Shown here: positions 19,720 through 29,678 of the stretch, piece by piece
Numbering within the stretch: the stretch's first letter is position 1
Layout of the letters: every line of letters begins with the position of its first letter
DNA from: Pyrodictiaceae archaeon
GTDB lineage: Archaea; Thermoproteota; Thermoprotei_A; Sulfolobales; Pyrodictiaceae
Assembly: GCA_027036135.1 (NCBI GenBank)
Contig: JALVSY010000007.1
Span: forward strand, 580,880 to 644,879
Direction: 5' to 3'
Length of the DNA: 64,000 bases
Position numbers and translations under genes: made by a program
Notes under the pieces: model-generated
Databases searched by the model: none
Told to the model about the DNA's origin: nothing
What the model saw: the letters and a program-made list of their open reading frames with translations, nothing else

Positions 19720-20568
19720 TTACTTCCTAGCCTGCTCCACGACGTACCTGGCTATGAGCCCGGCCACGTCTACCCCGGTGACCCTGGCTATGTTCTTGTA
19801 CTCCGGTACAGCGTTAACCTCTAGAACAAGGTAGCCTCGCTCCGGGTCCTCGACCACGTCAACACCACCTATCTCCACTCCGAGGGCGTGGCAGGAGCGC
19901 AGCACCAGGTCCTCGAGAATCGGGTCTACCCGTGCTGGTTCTGCTCTCCCGCCCCTCGCGGTATTGGTTATCCAGTGCTCGCTGACCCGGTAAATAGCGG
20001 CTGGGACCTCGTCGCCAATACACATTGCACGGATATCCCTCCCAGGCTTATCAATATACTCTTGCACGTAGTGCACGCGATACATGCTACCAAGCATCTC
20101 GCGGTGCTCCGCAATAGCTCTCGCGGCCTCCTCGTCGCTCGCGAGCGCTGCTAAGCGCCCCCAGCTACCCATAACAGGCTTCATGACGACAGGGTAGCCT
20201 AGTTTACGAGAAGCCTCAACAACACCCTCAATGCTATAGGCTAGGAGCGTACGAGGCACCGGGATCTTGTTACGATAAAGCACAGAGAGGCTCCAAGCCT
20301 TATCCTCGGCCAACGCGAGGGCGAGGCTACTATTGATAACCCTCACGCCCCAGGACTCAACGGCAGCAGTAGAGGACATGGCGCGGTAGAAGCTAATGGA
20401 GCGCTGAAGAGCTATATCCGCCTCCGCGTACCCGCCTATCTCGAGAATACTAGAGGACACATGGATAGGCTCGACCTCTGCTAGGCCGCGGAGGCGCTCG
20501 AGAATCATCTTCTCGTCGAGGCGAAGCACATCATAGAGGAAAAACACGCGCGTCAAGACACCGGGCAC
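19720..20568 (-). CDS. lysX: Aminoadipate/glutamate-LysW ligase (ATP-grasp)
   Basis: KPVMGSWGR, QEYI.KPGRDIR, WITNTARGG, EVNAVPEYK. Confidence 0.94.
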   Translation of the reverse strand: MPGVLTRVFFLYDVLRLDEKMILERLRGLAEVEPIHVSSSILEIGGYAEADIALQRSISFYRAMSSTAAVESWGVRVINSSLALALAEDKAWSLSVLYRNKIPVPRTLLAYSIEGVVEASRKLGYPVVMKPVMGSWGRLAALASDEEAARAIAEHREMLGSMYRVHYVQEYIDKPGRDIRAMCIGDEVPAAIYRVSEHWITNTARGGRAEPARVDPILEDLVLRSCHALGVEIGGVDVVEDPERGYLVLEVNAVPEYKNIARVTGVDVAGLIARYVVEQARK

Positions 20569-20582
20569 CTCCTCCAGGGAAT

Positions 20583-20765
20583 TTACTCTCCCCAGTCCTC
20601 CTGGACTCCCTCGAATGGGCGGAGTGCTAGGTTACCATTCGAGTCCCTGTAGACCTCTAGCACTACTCCACAGTCATGCTCGATTAGCTCGCCCGGCATA
20701 GCGTCGTCCGGGACCTCTACCGGGTTACCACAGACCGGGCACTTGAGCACTGGCACCCTCTTCAC
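20583..20765 (-). CDS. lysW: Amino-group carrier protein
   Basis: CPVCG..HDCG zinc ribbon and C-terminal EDWGE. Confidence 0.96.
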   Translation of the reverse strand: MKRVPVLKCPVCGNPVEVPDDAMPGELIEHDCGVVLEVYRDSNGNLALRPFEGVQEDWGE

Positions 20766-20843
20766 ACCCCTCTACGGTACTGATTCATGTACCCAGCGGT
20801 ACTTGGGTACGGTACAGTGTTTAAGCACATTCCCTCAATAAAT

Positions 20844-20860
20844 GGTTCGGTTCCAGTACC
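20844..20860. promoter_or_regulatory. Candidate LysM operator
   Basis: GGTTC-N7-GTACC between the divergent lys operons, resembling the Sulfolobus LysM box. Related GGTAC-N8-GTACC at 20776-20793. Confidence 0.6.
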
Positions 20861-20998
20861 CTCGTCTACTAGGTGGGCCACCCCCTATTCTCCCCCACTT
20901 TGTTAAATCCGTGCACAGCGAGGGCGAATGGAATCGGAGCACCAAATACATAGTGTTGCTCCAGCTAGTGCAGCTGCCGAAGAGGTGCGCCACAAGCC

Positions 20999-22045
20999 AT
21001 GATACGTGTAGCGATACTAGGGGGCTCAGGCTATACTGGTGGAGAACTCTTACGCATCCTAGCTGCCCACCCCTATGTCGAGGTAGTCTATGTCACAAGC
21101 CGCGAGTACGCGGGAGCCCCCATATACTTCGCTCACCCCAACCTGAGAGGCTATTACCAGGGGCTCCGATTCGAGAAACTAGTTCTCGACAAGGCCCTCG
21201 AGGCAGACACAGTGTTCTCCGCGCTACCCCACGGGGTAGGATTAGAGACGACAGCTAAGCTCCTCGAGAGCGGCGTACAAGTCGTGGACCTGAGTGCTGA
21301 TTATAGGCTCAAGGACCCCGGGGCCTATCGGGAATGGTATGGCTTCGAGCACCCCTACCCCGATCTACTCGAGAAAGCCGTCTATGGTCTCCCCGAGCTA
21401 CACCGAGACGAGCTACCAGGAGCAAGGCTCATAGCGAGCCCTGGCTGCAACGCTACAGCAGCGATACTAGCCTCAGCCCCCCTCGTGAAGCACCGGCTAC
21501 TAGCAACCAATAGGATAATAGTGGACGTGAAGGCGGGGAGCAGTGAACGGGGCTCCAAGCCCAGCCGCTCATCCCATCACCCAGAGCGAGAGGGCGCTAT
21601 GCGCCCCTACTCGCCAAGCGGGCACCGCCACGCAGCCGAGGCCGAGCAAGAGCTGAGCAGGTTAGCTGACGGAGAGGTGAGGGTCTCCCTAATCCCTCAC
21701 GCTGTGTCCTCGATACGAGGCGTACTCGCCTCGGCTCACGGATGGCTAAGAGACGGGGTAACAGGCACCGATGTTGCCAGGGCATATGCGGAGACTTATC
21801 GAGGCCAGCGCTTCATACGGGTAATAGCCCTCGGCAAGCACGGCACCGTTGACCCCAAGTTCGTGCAGGGAAGCAACTACGCCGACATAGGCTACGCTGT
21901 GGAGAAGCGGGTCGCGAGAGTCACGGGATTCGCGGCCATAGATAACCTAGTCAGAGGCGCGGCGGGCCAAGCAGTCCAGGCCTTCAACATATCGAGGGGC
22001 TTGCCCGAGGACGCTGGGCTAGCCTATCCCCCACTCCACCCCTAG
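20999..22045 (+). CDS. lysY: LysW-phosphate reductase (ArgC family)
   Basis: GGSGYTGGEL, DLSADYR, YGLPEL, SPGCNAT, DNLVRGAAGQA. Confidence 0.94.
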   Translation: MIRVAILGGSGYTGGELLRILAAHPYVEVVYVTSREYAGAPIYFAHPNLRGYYQGLRFEKLVLDKALEADTVFSALPHGVGLETTAKLLESGVQVVDLSADYRLKDPGAYREWYGFEHPYPDLLEKAVYGLPELHRDELPGARLIASPGCNATAAILASAPLVKHRLLATNRIIVDVKAGSSERGSKPSRSSHHPEREGAMRPYSPSGHRHAAEAEQELSRLADGEVRVSLIPHAVSSIRGVLASAHGWLRDGVTGTDVARAYAETYRGQRFIRVIALGKHGTVDPKFVQGSNYADIGYAVEKRVARVTGFAAIDNLVRGAAGQAVQAFNISRGLPEDAGLAYPPLHP

Positions 22046-22073
22046 GCAGTACGGCGGCGAGGAGACCCGAGCC

Positions 22074-22886
22074 TTGGTCATAGTGGTAAAGGCTGGTGGC
22101 AGGCTCATAGCGAGCCCCGAGACCCGTTCAAGGATACTAAGCGATATAGCGCGGCTAGCGGATAGCGGCGAGAAAATAGTCTTCGTCCACGGAGGAGGCG
22201 ACATAGTAACAGAGTACTCCAGGAAGATGGGTATAGAGCCTAGGTTCGTTGTCTCGCCGAGCGGTATTAGGAGCAGGTACACGGGGCCAGAGGAGCTAGA
22301 AGTCTACGTAATGGTCATGGCTGGTAAGCTGAACAAAGAGATAGTCGCGGGCCTAAACCATGGAGCCAACCGCGCAATAGGCGTAACCGGGGCGGACTGC
22401 TCCATGCTCTTGGCTGAGAGGAAGAAGAGAATAATCATATTGAACGAGAAGGGTAGGAAGCAAGTCATACCCGGGGGCTACACTGGGAAGATAAAAAGCG
22501 TGAACAAAGAGTGCCTCGACAAGCTCCTAGAACAGGTAAACATAGTCGTCGTATCGCCACTAGCACTCGGCACAGAGGGCGAACTACTAAACGTAGACGG
22601 GGATCAAGCAGCAGCAAGCATCGCTACAGCACTCCAAGCAAAGACACTAGTCCTATTAACCGATGTACCCGGGGTAATCCTGGGCGACAAGGTACTAGAG
22701 AAAATACCACTAAGCCAAGCAGAGACAATAGCGAAGAAGACAGGCTACGGAATGAACCGCAAAATACTCATGGCCGCGAAAGCCATCGAGAACGGCGTAG
22801 GAGCAGCAATCATAGCACCCGGGAACACAGAGAACCCAGTAACAAGGGCGCTACGAGGAGAGACCGGGACAAGAATCGAGCCCTAA
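22074..22886 (+). CDS. lysZ: LysW-aminoadipate/glutamate kinase
   Basis: VVKAGG, VHGGG, SPSG.RSRYT, GGYTGKI, NVDGD. Confidence 0.94.
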   Translation: MVIVVKAGGRLIASPETRSRILSDIARLADSGEKIVFVHGGGDIVTEYSRKMGIEPRFVVSPSGIRSRYTGPEELEVYVMVMAGKLNKEIVAGLNHGANRAIGVTGADCSMLLAERKKRIIILNEKGRKQVIPGGYTGKIKSVNKECLDKLLEQVNIVVVSPLALGTEGELLNVDGDQAAASIATALQAKTLVLLTDVPGVILGDKVLEKIPLSQAETIAKKTGYGMNRKILMAAKAIENGVGAAIIAPGNTENPVTRALRGETGTRIEP

Positions 22887-22929
22887 CAACGATGCAGATG
22901 CAACCAGTGCAGCAACATCCTAAGCCCAT

Positions 22930-23064
22930 CTAGCCATTATCCCGATCCTCTCTCACAGAGCGTGCAGCAAATCCCTTCGGCGCCTTTATATCAATGCTCT
23001 TGAGCCTCCTAATAATTGCTTCGAGATTCTCCTCGGCACTAAGCCTGTTAGCCTTTTTCCTCAT
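22930..23064 (-). pseudogene. C-terminal remnant of a VapB-type antitoxin
   Basis: MRKKANRLSAEENLEAIIRRLKSIDIKAPKGFAARSVREDRDNG*, with the characteristic 'REDRD' end. Confidence 0.55.
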
Positions 23065-23260
23065 CTTGTATCCATCTCCAGGGAGCTTGCCTAGCCAAGA
23101 AGATAGTTGTACTGGGTCTCAATAAAGCTGCTGGACTCATTAAGCAAGCTAGCTTTACCATAGGAACTTAGAAACCCTAGCCTAATGAGTAGCGTGGATC
23201 GCTACATTATATGAACCCGGTATACTGGCTACGCGTCTCGGGACTAGAGGGCTGCGCGTC

Positions 23261-23719
23261 ATGGAGCTTGTTCTTATCGCGGGCGAGGGCAGGGATGTCG
23301 GCAAGACTCTTCTCGGCGAGCGCCTAGTCGCTGCGCTGAGGAATAGGGGGCTCCGAGTAGGCGTTGTCAAGCACGTACACCATGGTGTCGACTACCGTGT
23401 CAAGGATACTGGCCGCTACCTCGGCGCGGGAGCCGAGCGCGTAGTAGCAGTCGGGCCAAGCGAGTACATGGTGGTTGAGAAGAAGAGGCTAGGATTCTGG
23501 GAAGCAATACAACTACTAAATGGCCCCGACGCAGTCATAGTAGAAGGATTCAGGGAGCATATAGACAGCGTCATAGAGAAGGGGGGATGTACGGCCTACA
23601 TACACAGAGACGGCACCATAGACATTAACCCGGGGAACAAGGAGGTTCACAATATAGACGAAGTACTACATGTTCTCACAGAACTAGTAGCAGCTAAGAA
23701 ATGTACAATCACGGCCTAA
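23261..23719 (+). CDS. mobB: MobB-like P-loop protein
   Basis: GRDVGKT, GVVKHVHH, KDTGRY..AGA, IVEGFR. Confidence 0.8.
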   Translation: MELVLIAGEGRDVGKTLLGERLVAALRNRGLRVGVVKHVHHGVDYRVKDTGRYLGAGAERVVAVGPSEYMVVEKKRLGFWEAIQLLNGPDAVIVEGFREHIDSVIEKGGCTAYIHRDGTIDINPGNKEVHNIDEVLHVLTELVAAKKCTITA

Positions 23720-23812
23720 TTGGAGTTTAACTAGGGTGATTTATGGAGCGTTTCCTTCCACAGACCTAGCTTAGCGTTGTTCCCTTGAAGGCTTCTAGTA
23801 CTCAATTAATAA

Positions 23813-24217
23813 TTATCTAATCCACAGTCTTTTTACTTCTCTTATTTTATCGAATTCTTTATCCTCGGTCGCTATTAGCTCTATATTATTGTTGAGCATT
23901 ACAGCCACGTGGAGAGCATCAGACGGCTTAATACCGTAATCAGATATGAGCTTAGCTGCTTCTCTATATTCTTCTTCGCCAAGGCTAAGAACCAATACAT
24001 AGGGGAGTACATTAGCTTCTATGAATTTTATAGAGACGTTGTATGGTACATGGTATTTTCTTTTAGAGACAAAGATGGTCTCATCAAGCATTAATGCATC
24101 TGTGTAGAGTTCATGATTATCTATTAAGTCAAAATAGAACCTTTCGTATATAGATCTGGTTGAACTAGTTATTGTATTAAGATATATGAAGAGCGTAGCA
24201 TCTATAAATATTTTCAA
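23813..24217 (-). CDS. VapC PIN toxin, apparently intact
   Basis: IFIDAT, E, PSDALHVA, TEDKEFD; AT-rich. Confidence 0.9.
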   Translation of the reverse strand: MKIFIDATLFIYLNTITSSTRSIYERFYFDLIDNHELYTDALMLDETIFVSKRKYHVPYNVSIKFIEANVLPYVLVLSLGEEEYREAAKLISDYGIKPSDALHVAVMLNNNIELIATEDKEFDKIREVKRLWIR

Positions 24218-24525
24218 TCCTCGAACTCCTCTTCGAGATAAACCTCTGCAAGCTCACCGGGTTTTGGCTCCCTTCTACCCTGTATCTTCTTAAGTCTTTC
24301 AACATGCTCTCTCATGGACTCCTTATGCCTTTCTATATCGGGTTTAGGTGATTTTCTCACAGGCCTAAGTACTATTTCTCCGTCATTCCTTACCTCAACG
24401 ACGAGTTCGTCTCCTTCATTAAGGCCGAGCTGTTCACGTATCGCTTTTGGCAACGATATGTATCCTTCATTTCTTTCATTCTTAACTCTTAGCCTCGTCT
24501 GTCGTGTCCTCAGTCGAAGAGCCAA
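24214..24525 (-). CDS. AbrB/MazE-type antitoxin
   Basis: GYISLPKAIREQLGLNEGDELVV; 4-nt overlap with vapC. Confidence 0.88.
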   Translation of the reverse strand: MALRLRTRQTRLRVKNERNEGYISLPKAIREQLGLNEGDELVVEVRNDGEIVLRPVRKSPKPDIERHKESMREHVERLKKIQGRREPKPGELAEVYLEEEFED

Positions 24526-24839
24526 CCAAGCCCCCTCCTACTACATATAAGAGGGATACGGCAGTGTTAAGCCTAACTAGCTATGCTATATACAGCTACC
24601 TTATACTTATCAATACTTATACCATTCTCAAACACTGGATACGAGGTCAGACGATATTATAGCTTATAAACAATATCTAGGTATCCTCTCATCTTCTTTA
24701 CAAACAATTCTTTATAAAAACCTCACAAAAAGTTACTACAGTCCTAAATAATTGCGAAGGACCAATCACGAAAAGAACCCCTAGGTCTCCGTGGCAGATC
24801 GCTAATGAGCGAAATATTTCGCTACTAGCTAATAGCTCC

Positions 24840-25187
24840 CTATTCATAGCGACGCTTTCTCGCCGCTATTGCTCCTCCTATTGCTCCGCCTAGGGCTGAG
24901 AGGCATAGGCCGCAAGCACTGATTAGGAGCAGTGTCATCCCGAGCCCCCATCCGAGTATAGCACCTGGCCAGCCTAGCAGCGAAGCGCTAACGATTATCG
25001 CTATTATGCTCCACGCGACGACTGCTGCGAGCGAGGCAACGAATCCAGCCAGTGCTCCCTTGGCGGGGCCTTGGCGGGTTAGATAGCCAGCCACAAAGCC
25101 TGCCACCAAGTAACCGAACACTATGCCGAAGGGAAGCGGCGTCGAGAGAAAAGCAATAATTGCCCCAATAATAATGCCCAGCAGCAC
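24840..25187 (-). CDS. Small Gly-rich membrane protein (DUF5518-like)
   Basis: GFVAGYL..GALAGF..GGAIG pattern. Confidence 0.65.
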   Translation of the reverse strand: MLLGIIIGAIIAFLSTPLPFGIVFGYLVAGFVAGYLTRQGPAKGALAGFVASLAAVVAWSIIAIIVSASLLGWPGAILGWGLGMTLLLISACGLCLSALGGAIGGAIAARKRRYE

Positions 25188-25325
25188 GGCTTAGCCCCAC
25201 GAGCTATTAGGGGATGCGTCTACGTAATTATTCCTATTGCAGGTACTTCGTCTTTCGAAAGTCTAGGACTTGTACAAACATGGATAATAACCGGAAAAGA
25301 GTTACGAGGTACGGGCCTTGCTTCC

Positions 25326-27035
25326 CTAATCCCATCTCCTTACATAGGCGTAGAGAGCAGCAGCGATAACAGCAGCAACTAATGCGATTAGCGCGAGCCA
25401 TAGGAAGCCATTGCTGTGCTTAGAGACTGTCTTAGCAGTGCCCGTGTATCGTTGATTCTTGTTCTCTGCTTGCGTCTTGGACATTACTGAGGTGCCTAGG
25501 TTCTTGGCCTCTTTATTGCTGGCCTCGTTCTTCTCGGTGAGAGATGTTGTTGTCTTTGTAGCTAGGAGTTCTTTGCTCTTATTGAGCAACGTTGTCTCTA
25601 GGTTCTTGAGCCCGGCTATACTGGTCTCTGAGGACGGGTTCACTACTTTGTTGAATATTTGCTCGGGTAGGCTTGGTTCCTTGCTCCATGCTTGCTGTGC
25701 TCGTAGCAGTATTGGTGCTACTGTTTCCCCGTAGTAGGTGCACATGTAGTCTGTCCCGTTGAGGTCGCGTGGCCATAGATAAATCGTTACTATGGGTGAG
25801 CTGTTAGCTGAGAAGACCCTTAGGACACCTACTGGGATCCCGTTAATCACTCTCTCCTCGTACCTGACAGTCGCGTTGTCGGGTATCTTTGTCGGTGATT
25901 TCCTTACCTGGTCGCTGATCGTCTCTAGGCCGAGGTTGGGGCCCCGCACTACTAGCATGACCGCGTCGAGGCCGTTGACGCGGACTGGTGCATAGAATAC
26001 TGCGAAGTCCCTGGGCTCTCTGGGCACGAGTGCACGGAACTGTAGGGCTACGACGGCGCCGTGTGTTATGTTGGTGAGGCTGAACCTCTTTATGGCTATC
26101 ACCTTGCTCAATAGTTTCTCGAGCCTCTGTGTATCACCGTTCTTTGCCGCAGCGTAGAGGGCCTTGGCGAGGCCTGGTTCCCGTAGCGCTGTATAGTTTA
26201 TCTCAGCAACGTTATAGCTCCTATTGGTTACGAGGCGACAAGTCTCTGATAAGCCTTTCTCAACTGGCTCGAGGCTACACGTGGAGCCCAGATAGGCATA
26301 GGACGGGATAATACTGCCACGGAGTGTTGCCAGCGAGCCGCTTACGCTCTGATTCGCTTGCTTCTGTAGCTCCTCGAGTATCTTGAGAACATTGTGCACT
26401 AGGACGTAGGCGTAGGCATCGGGGCTCAGTGTAAGATTATATGGGAATAACGGGGAAGCGCCAACACGGACAAGCTTCTCACCAATCTTGAGGAATGTCT
26501 CGCCATCCTTAGTGTTTATTAGGAATACCGTTGATATGTTCATCCACGCTGGTACCAGGTTCTCGGCCTTTATCTCGCCGAGGTACTTGAGGAGGTCTAG
26601 GTCATACTCTGCGGCTAGGTTGGTTGGTCTTAGTTCTACGCTGAGCCAGGTCTCGTTAATCCTCCTCACGGAGATGCTTATATTACCATCTACGATATAG
26701 TCTAGCGTCGCAGCGACGTCCCTACCAGATACCTCTACGTAGACGAAGTAGTCATTGCCAATCCTTTCAACCCTCGTCACGTGTATACTTGGCTCCTTTG
26801 ACTCGTTGTGAACGAGGCTCAGCACTGCATAGACGCGGGCAACACTATTATTTGTGTAAACGTGTGTCAACGGCTTGATAACTGAGCCATTGAGCCAGAC
26901 CATCGTTACCAAGTAGTCTCTATGAACTGGTACACAGCTAGCAAAGCCATGGCTAGACGCGGTAGCCGTTGCAACAGATACTAACACTACACCTAGGAAC
27001 AAGGCTACAGGTAACCAGTACGCCTTCATGCCCAT
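25326..27035 (-). CDS. Secreted, C-terminally membrane-anchored surface protein
   Basis: Signal peptide, N-glycosylation sequons, Thr/Ser linker, C-terminal TM followed by RRWD. Confidence 0.75.
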   Translation of the reverse strand: MGMKAYWLPVALFLGVVLVSVATATASSHGFASCVPVHRDYLVTMVWLNGSVIKPLTHVYTNNSVARVYAVLSLVHNESKEPSIHVTRVERIGNDYFVYVEVSGRDVAATLDYIVDGNISISVRRINETWLSVELRPTNLAAEYDLDLLKYLGEIKAENLVPAWMNISTVFLINTKDGETFLKIGEKLVRVGASPLFPYNLTLSPDAYAYVLVHNVLKILEELQKQANQSVSGSLATLRGSIIPSYAYLGSTCSLEPVEKGLSETCRLVTNRSYNVAEINYTALREPGLAKALYAAAKNGDTQRLEKLLSKVIAIKRFSLTNITHGAVVALQFRALVPREPRDFAVFYAPVRVNGLDAVMLVVRGPNLGLETISDQVRKSPTKIPDNATVRYEERVINGIPVGVLRVFSANSSPIVTIYLWPRDLNGTDYMCTYYGETVAPILLRAQQAWSKEPSLPEQIFNKVVNPSSETSIAGLKNLETTLLNKSKELLATKTTTSLTEKNEASNKEAKNLGTSVMSKTQAENKNQRYTGTAKTVSKHSNGFLWLALIALVAAVIAAALYAYVRRWD

Positions 27036-27081
27036 CCCTCCTCCGAGAAAACAATCAAAGGACTTAGAGGCACGGTGTCCA

Positions 27082-27185
27082 GTGAAGAAGGAGACAAGCC
27101 CCTGTTCCTAATATACCAGGGTTTAGATGCGATGTAAAACAAGCCTTATATACCAGGGGAGACGAGGGCCCTGTTCCTTCTTCAC
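27082..27185. repeat. Imperfect inverted repeat enclosing two direct copies of CCTWATATACCAGGG
   Basis: GTGAAGAAGGAGACAAGCCC (27082-27101) versus the reverse complement of 27166-27185 (GTGAAGAAGGAACAGGGCCC); direct copies at 27107 and 27144. Confidence 0.75.
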
Positions 27186-27224
27186 GGCTAGTAAGCAGCA
27201 TATTGTCTAGGGAAGAGAAAGGGG

Positions 27225-28145
27225 CTACTGGGGCTTGTCGGGTACTACGGGGTTTATGAGGCAGCCTATGCCCTCGACGCAGACCTCCACTATGTCGCCG
27301 GGGCGTAGAAAGCGTGGCGGGTTACGGGCAAAGCCCACTCCAGGAGGCGTGCCCGTGGAGACTATGTCTCCGGGTTCTAGGAATGTGCCACGACTAGCAT
27401 AGGATACCAGGGCCTTCACGTCATGTATCATGTCGCTGGTGCTCCCCCTTTGCAACTCCTCACCGGAAATCCTCAGCGTCAATGTTAGGCCCTTCCAGGG
27501 GTTAAGCAGGGTCCTAGGAACAATGACGGGGCCTATGGGCGCGTAGGTGTCCCTGCTCTTCCCCCTCCACCACTGAGAAGCACCCGCCATGTGCTGCTCG
27601 TAGCGCGCCGAGACATCGTTGAAGCAAGTATAGCCCCAGATATTCTCCACGGCTTCCTCTAGGCTTAGGCTCCTACCAGGGAGCCCGATAACAGCGGCGA
27701 GCTCGGCCTCAGCGTCAACACGTAGCTCAGGGTCGTGGAGCACGATGGGGTCCCCGGGGCCGACAACAGCGTTAACGGTCTTGACAAAGAGATCCGGCAC
27801 CCGTGGCGGCTCCCTGCCCGTCTCGGCAGCGTGGGCGCGGTAGTTCAGCCCAACAGCAATGACCTTCGAGGGCTTCTCGACCGGTGCCAGGAACCTCACA
27901 CCACCCAATGGGAGCCCCTTGTCACTAGCACTAACCATCCTAGCAAGATGCTCCACATCCTCCGGGGGATACTCGAGCATAACCTCCCTTACATCACTAT
28001 AGCCCCAAGCCCCAAGTGGGTAAACCCTGCCACGATAAACAAGCGCAGGCTCAGCACCACCACCAGGAGCAGCTATACGGGCAAGTCCAACCAAGCCCCA
28101 AACCTCATAACCAAGCAACAACCTAAGATCCCTAAGCGATGCCAC
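27225..28145 (-). CDS. Fumarylacetoacetate hydrolase family protein
   Basis: VGLNYRAH, DAEAELA, NDVSAR, GKSRDT..PIGP, TGTPPGVG. Confidence 0.93.
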   Translation of the reverse strand: MASLRDLRLLLGYEVWGLVGLARIAAPGGGAEPALVYRGRVYPLGAWGYSDVREVMLEYPPEDVEHLARMVSASDKGLPLGGVRFLAPVEKPSKVIAVGLNYRAHAAETGREPPRVPDLFVKTVNAVVGPGDPIVLHDPELRVDAEAELAAVIGLPGRSLSLEEAVENIWGYTCFNDVSARYEQHMAGASQWWRGKSRDTYAPIGPVIVPRTLLNPWKGLTLTLRISGEELQRGSTSDMIHDVKALVSYASRGTFLEPGDIVSTGTPPGVGFARNPPRFLRPGDIVEVCVEGIGCLINPVVPDKPQ

Positions 28146-28834
28146 GCCCCATCACAGCCCTCTCACAAGCCCAAGAGCAAGAGGGGGGAATAGTAATACG
28201 TGGAAATAGCATTCGACAAAGACACAGCACCACTACCAGAGCCTTTCCGCACCCCGCCCGCTACAAGGAGAACTATAGAAGATATGTCTGGTCGACCATG
28301 CGCAGACTTTACTACAAGAATCAAGGCCCCATGGCCGGGACAAAAGCGAGACAAAAGAGACGATGACCTAGGGCAGCAAGGTACGCAGTTACTGGCTAGG
28401 CTCTTCTTCAGTGCAAGAGGCTAAAAAGGAAATACACGGTTATAGCGATGTTATATACCAAGAGGAATACGGAGAGATATCTCAGCTGCTGCCCAAGAAG
28501 CTCACGTAACGGCTTATACCTCTTGCCGAGCCTTTGGAGAAGCTGCCTCCTCATATCTAGCACTTTCTCCTTCATATCACCGCCGAGAATGCACTCAATC
28601 AATACGTTATCAATCCTCTCTCGTACTTCCATCCTCCTAACACGGAGATATAGAACTAACCAGTTATGAAATAATATAAACCGCTTACATATATCAATTA
28701 CCATTTATAGCGCCCAAGCACTATAAACTAGCTTTATTACAGAACTTTAGGAAAGCTGATTAATCAAGAGAATAACCCTGTATGCGAAGATTCCAAAAAT
28801 CTCGTTTCGCTTCACGTATCAATGCCCTAGTGTA

Positions 28835-28906
28835 TAGCCTATGTCAGGATAGGGCGCCGGCCTTCGGAGCCGGAGGTCCCGGGTTCAAATCCCGGCGGCT
28901 CCGCCA
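28835..28906 (+). pseudogene. tRNA-Arg(TCG) copy lacking the 5' acceptor strand (probable att scar)
   Basis: Anticodon arm CCGGC-CT-TCG-GA-GCCGG, T arm CCGGG-TTCAAAT-CCCGG, 3' CGGCTCC-G-CCA. The required 5' GGAGCCG is absent and the D arm appears to carry an extra T. Confidence 0.8.
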
Positions 28907-29028
28907 CATATAAACCCCTATATAAGTCTTTCCCTTCTTCCAAGGCAAGGCTGTGGCTTCTAGTTCAGATAAGAACCAGGATGGTTCTAGCTTCATCAAT
29001 GATAATCTCAGCGGATAATCTTGACTGA

Positions 29029-29481
29029 CTAGGGCGCAACTTTTAGCCAGGGAACTCTCTTAAAGTCTTCATCGAAGGTTATGACGGTGTCTATGTTATT
29101 GCGTTTACATGTCAGGGCTATGATTGCATCGCTTGGCAGGAGTTTTATTTGCCTAGCGGTCTCTATCATGTCTTGGTATTCCACGTTTTCTACTAGGACT
29201 TCTACCTCAAGGTCTTCCAGTAACTTCCTTATACCATTGGCTATGAATTTTGGGTATCCCTTGTTCGCTATTAGTTTTCTTAGGCTGTATGGTCCTTTGA
29301 GTTCTTCCGTGGCCTGGTAATATTTCCTTGTGGATATGTAGAGTAGTTCGTTTACCACTGTTAGACTGGTGTAGAACTTGTTTTCCTCGTAATCCTCTAG
29401 CAGCTTCCGGGCTTTGCGTGTGAGGTTTGTCTCGAATAATATATTGTAGAATATATTAGTGTCTATAAAGACTTTGTTCAC
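29029..29481 (-). CDS. VapC PIN toxin, apparently intact
   Basis: FIDTN, VNE, LPSDAIIA, TFDEDF. Confidence 0.92.
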   Translation of the reverse strand: MNKVFIDTNIFYNILFETNLTRKARKLLEDYEENKFYTSLTVVNELLYISTRKYYQATEELKGPYSLRKLIANKGYPKFIANGIRKLLEDLEVEVLVENVEYQDMIETARQIKLLPSDAIIALTCKRNNIDTVITFDEDFKRVPWLKVAP

Positions 29482-29678
29482 TGTGCTTGAGCCTCCTCTT
29501 CATATTCCCTGAGCTCCTCTACAGAGGCCTTACCGAATAATCCAACATATTTGTCGAGCACTTCGCTCACTCTGCGCTTGCGTATGAAGACTACTAGCTC
29601 CTCTCCCTCGTGAAGTTCCACTGGCTCCAAAGGCTTCAGCACGCCTCTTTCATATCTAACCCGTATAACCTTAGACAC
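29478..29678 (-). CDS. AF2212/DUF104-type antitoxin
   Basis: VIRVRYERGVLKPLEPVELHEGEE. Confidence 0.9.
   Translation of the reverse strand: MSKVIRVRYERGVLKPLEPVELHEGEELVVFIRKRRVSEVLDKYVGLFGKASVEELREYEEEAQAQ

Noticed and set aside
23729-23740. AACTAGGGTGAT, identical at 32352 and similar at 5003, all near vapC ends
   Set aside because: It contains the SD-like GGGTGAT and the very common CTAG, and its orientation relative to vapC is inconsistent.
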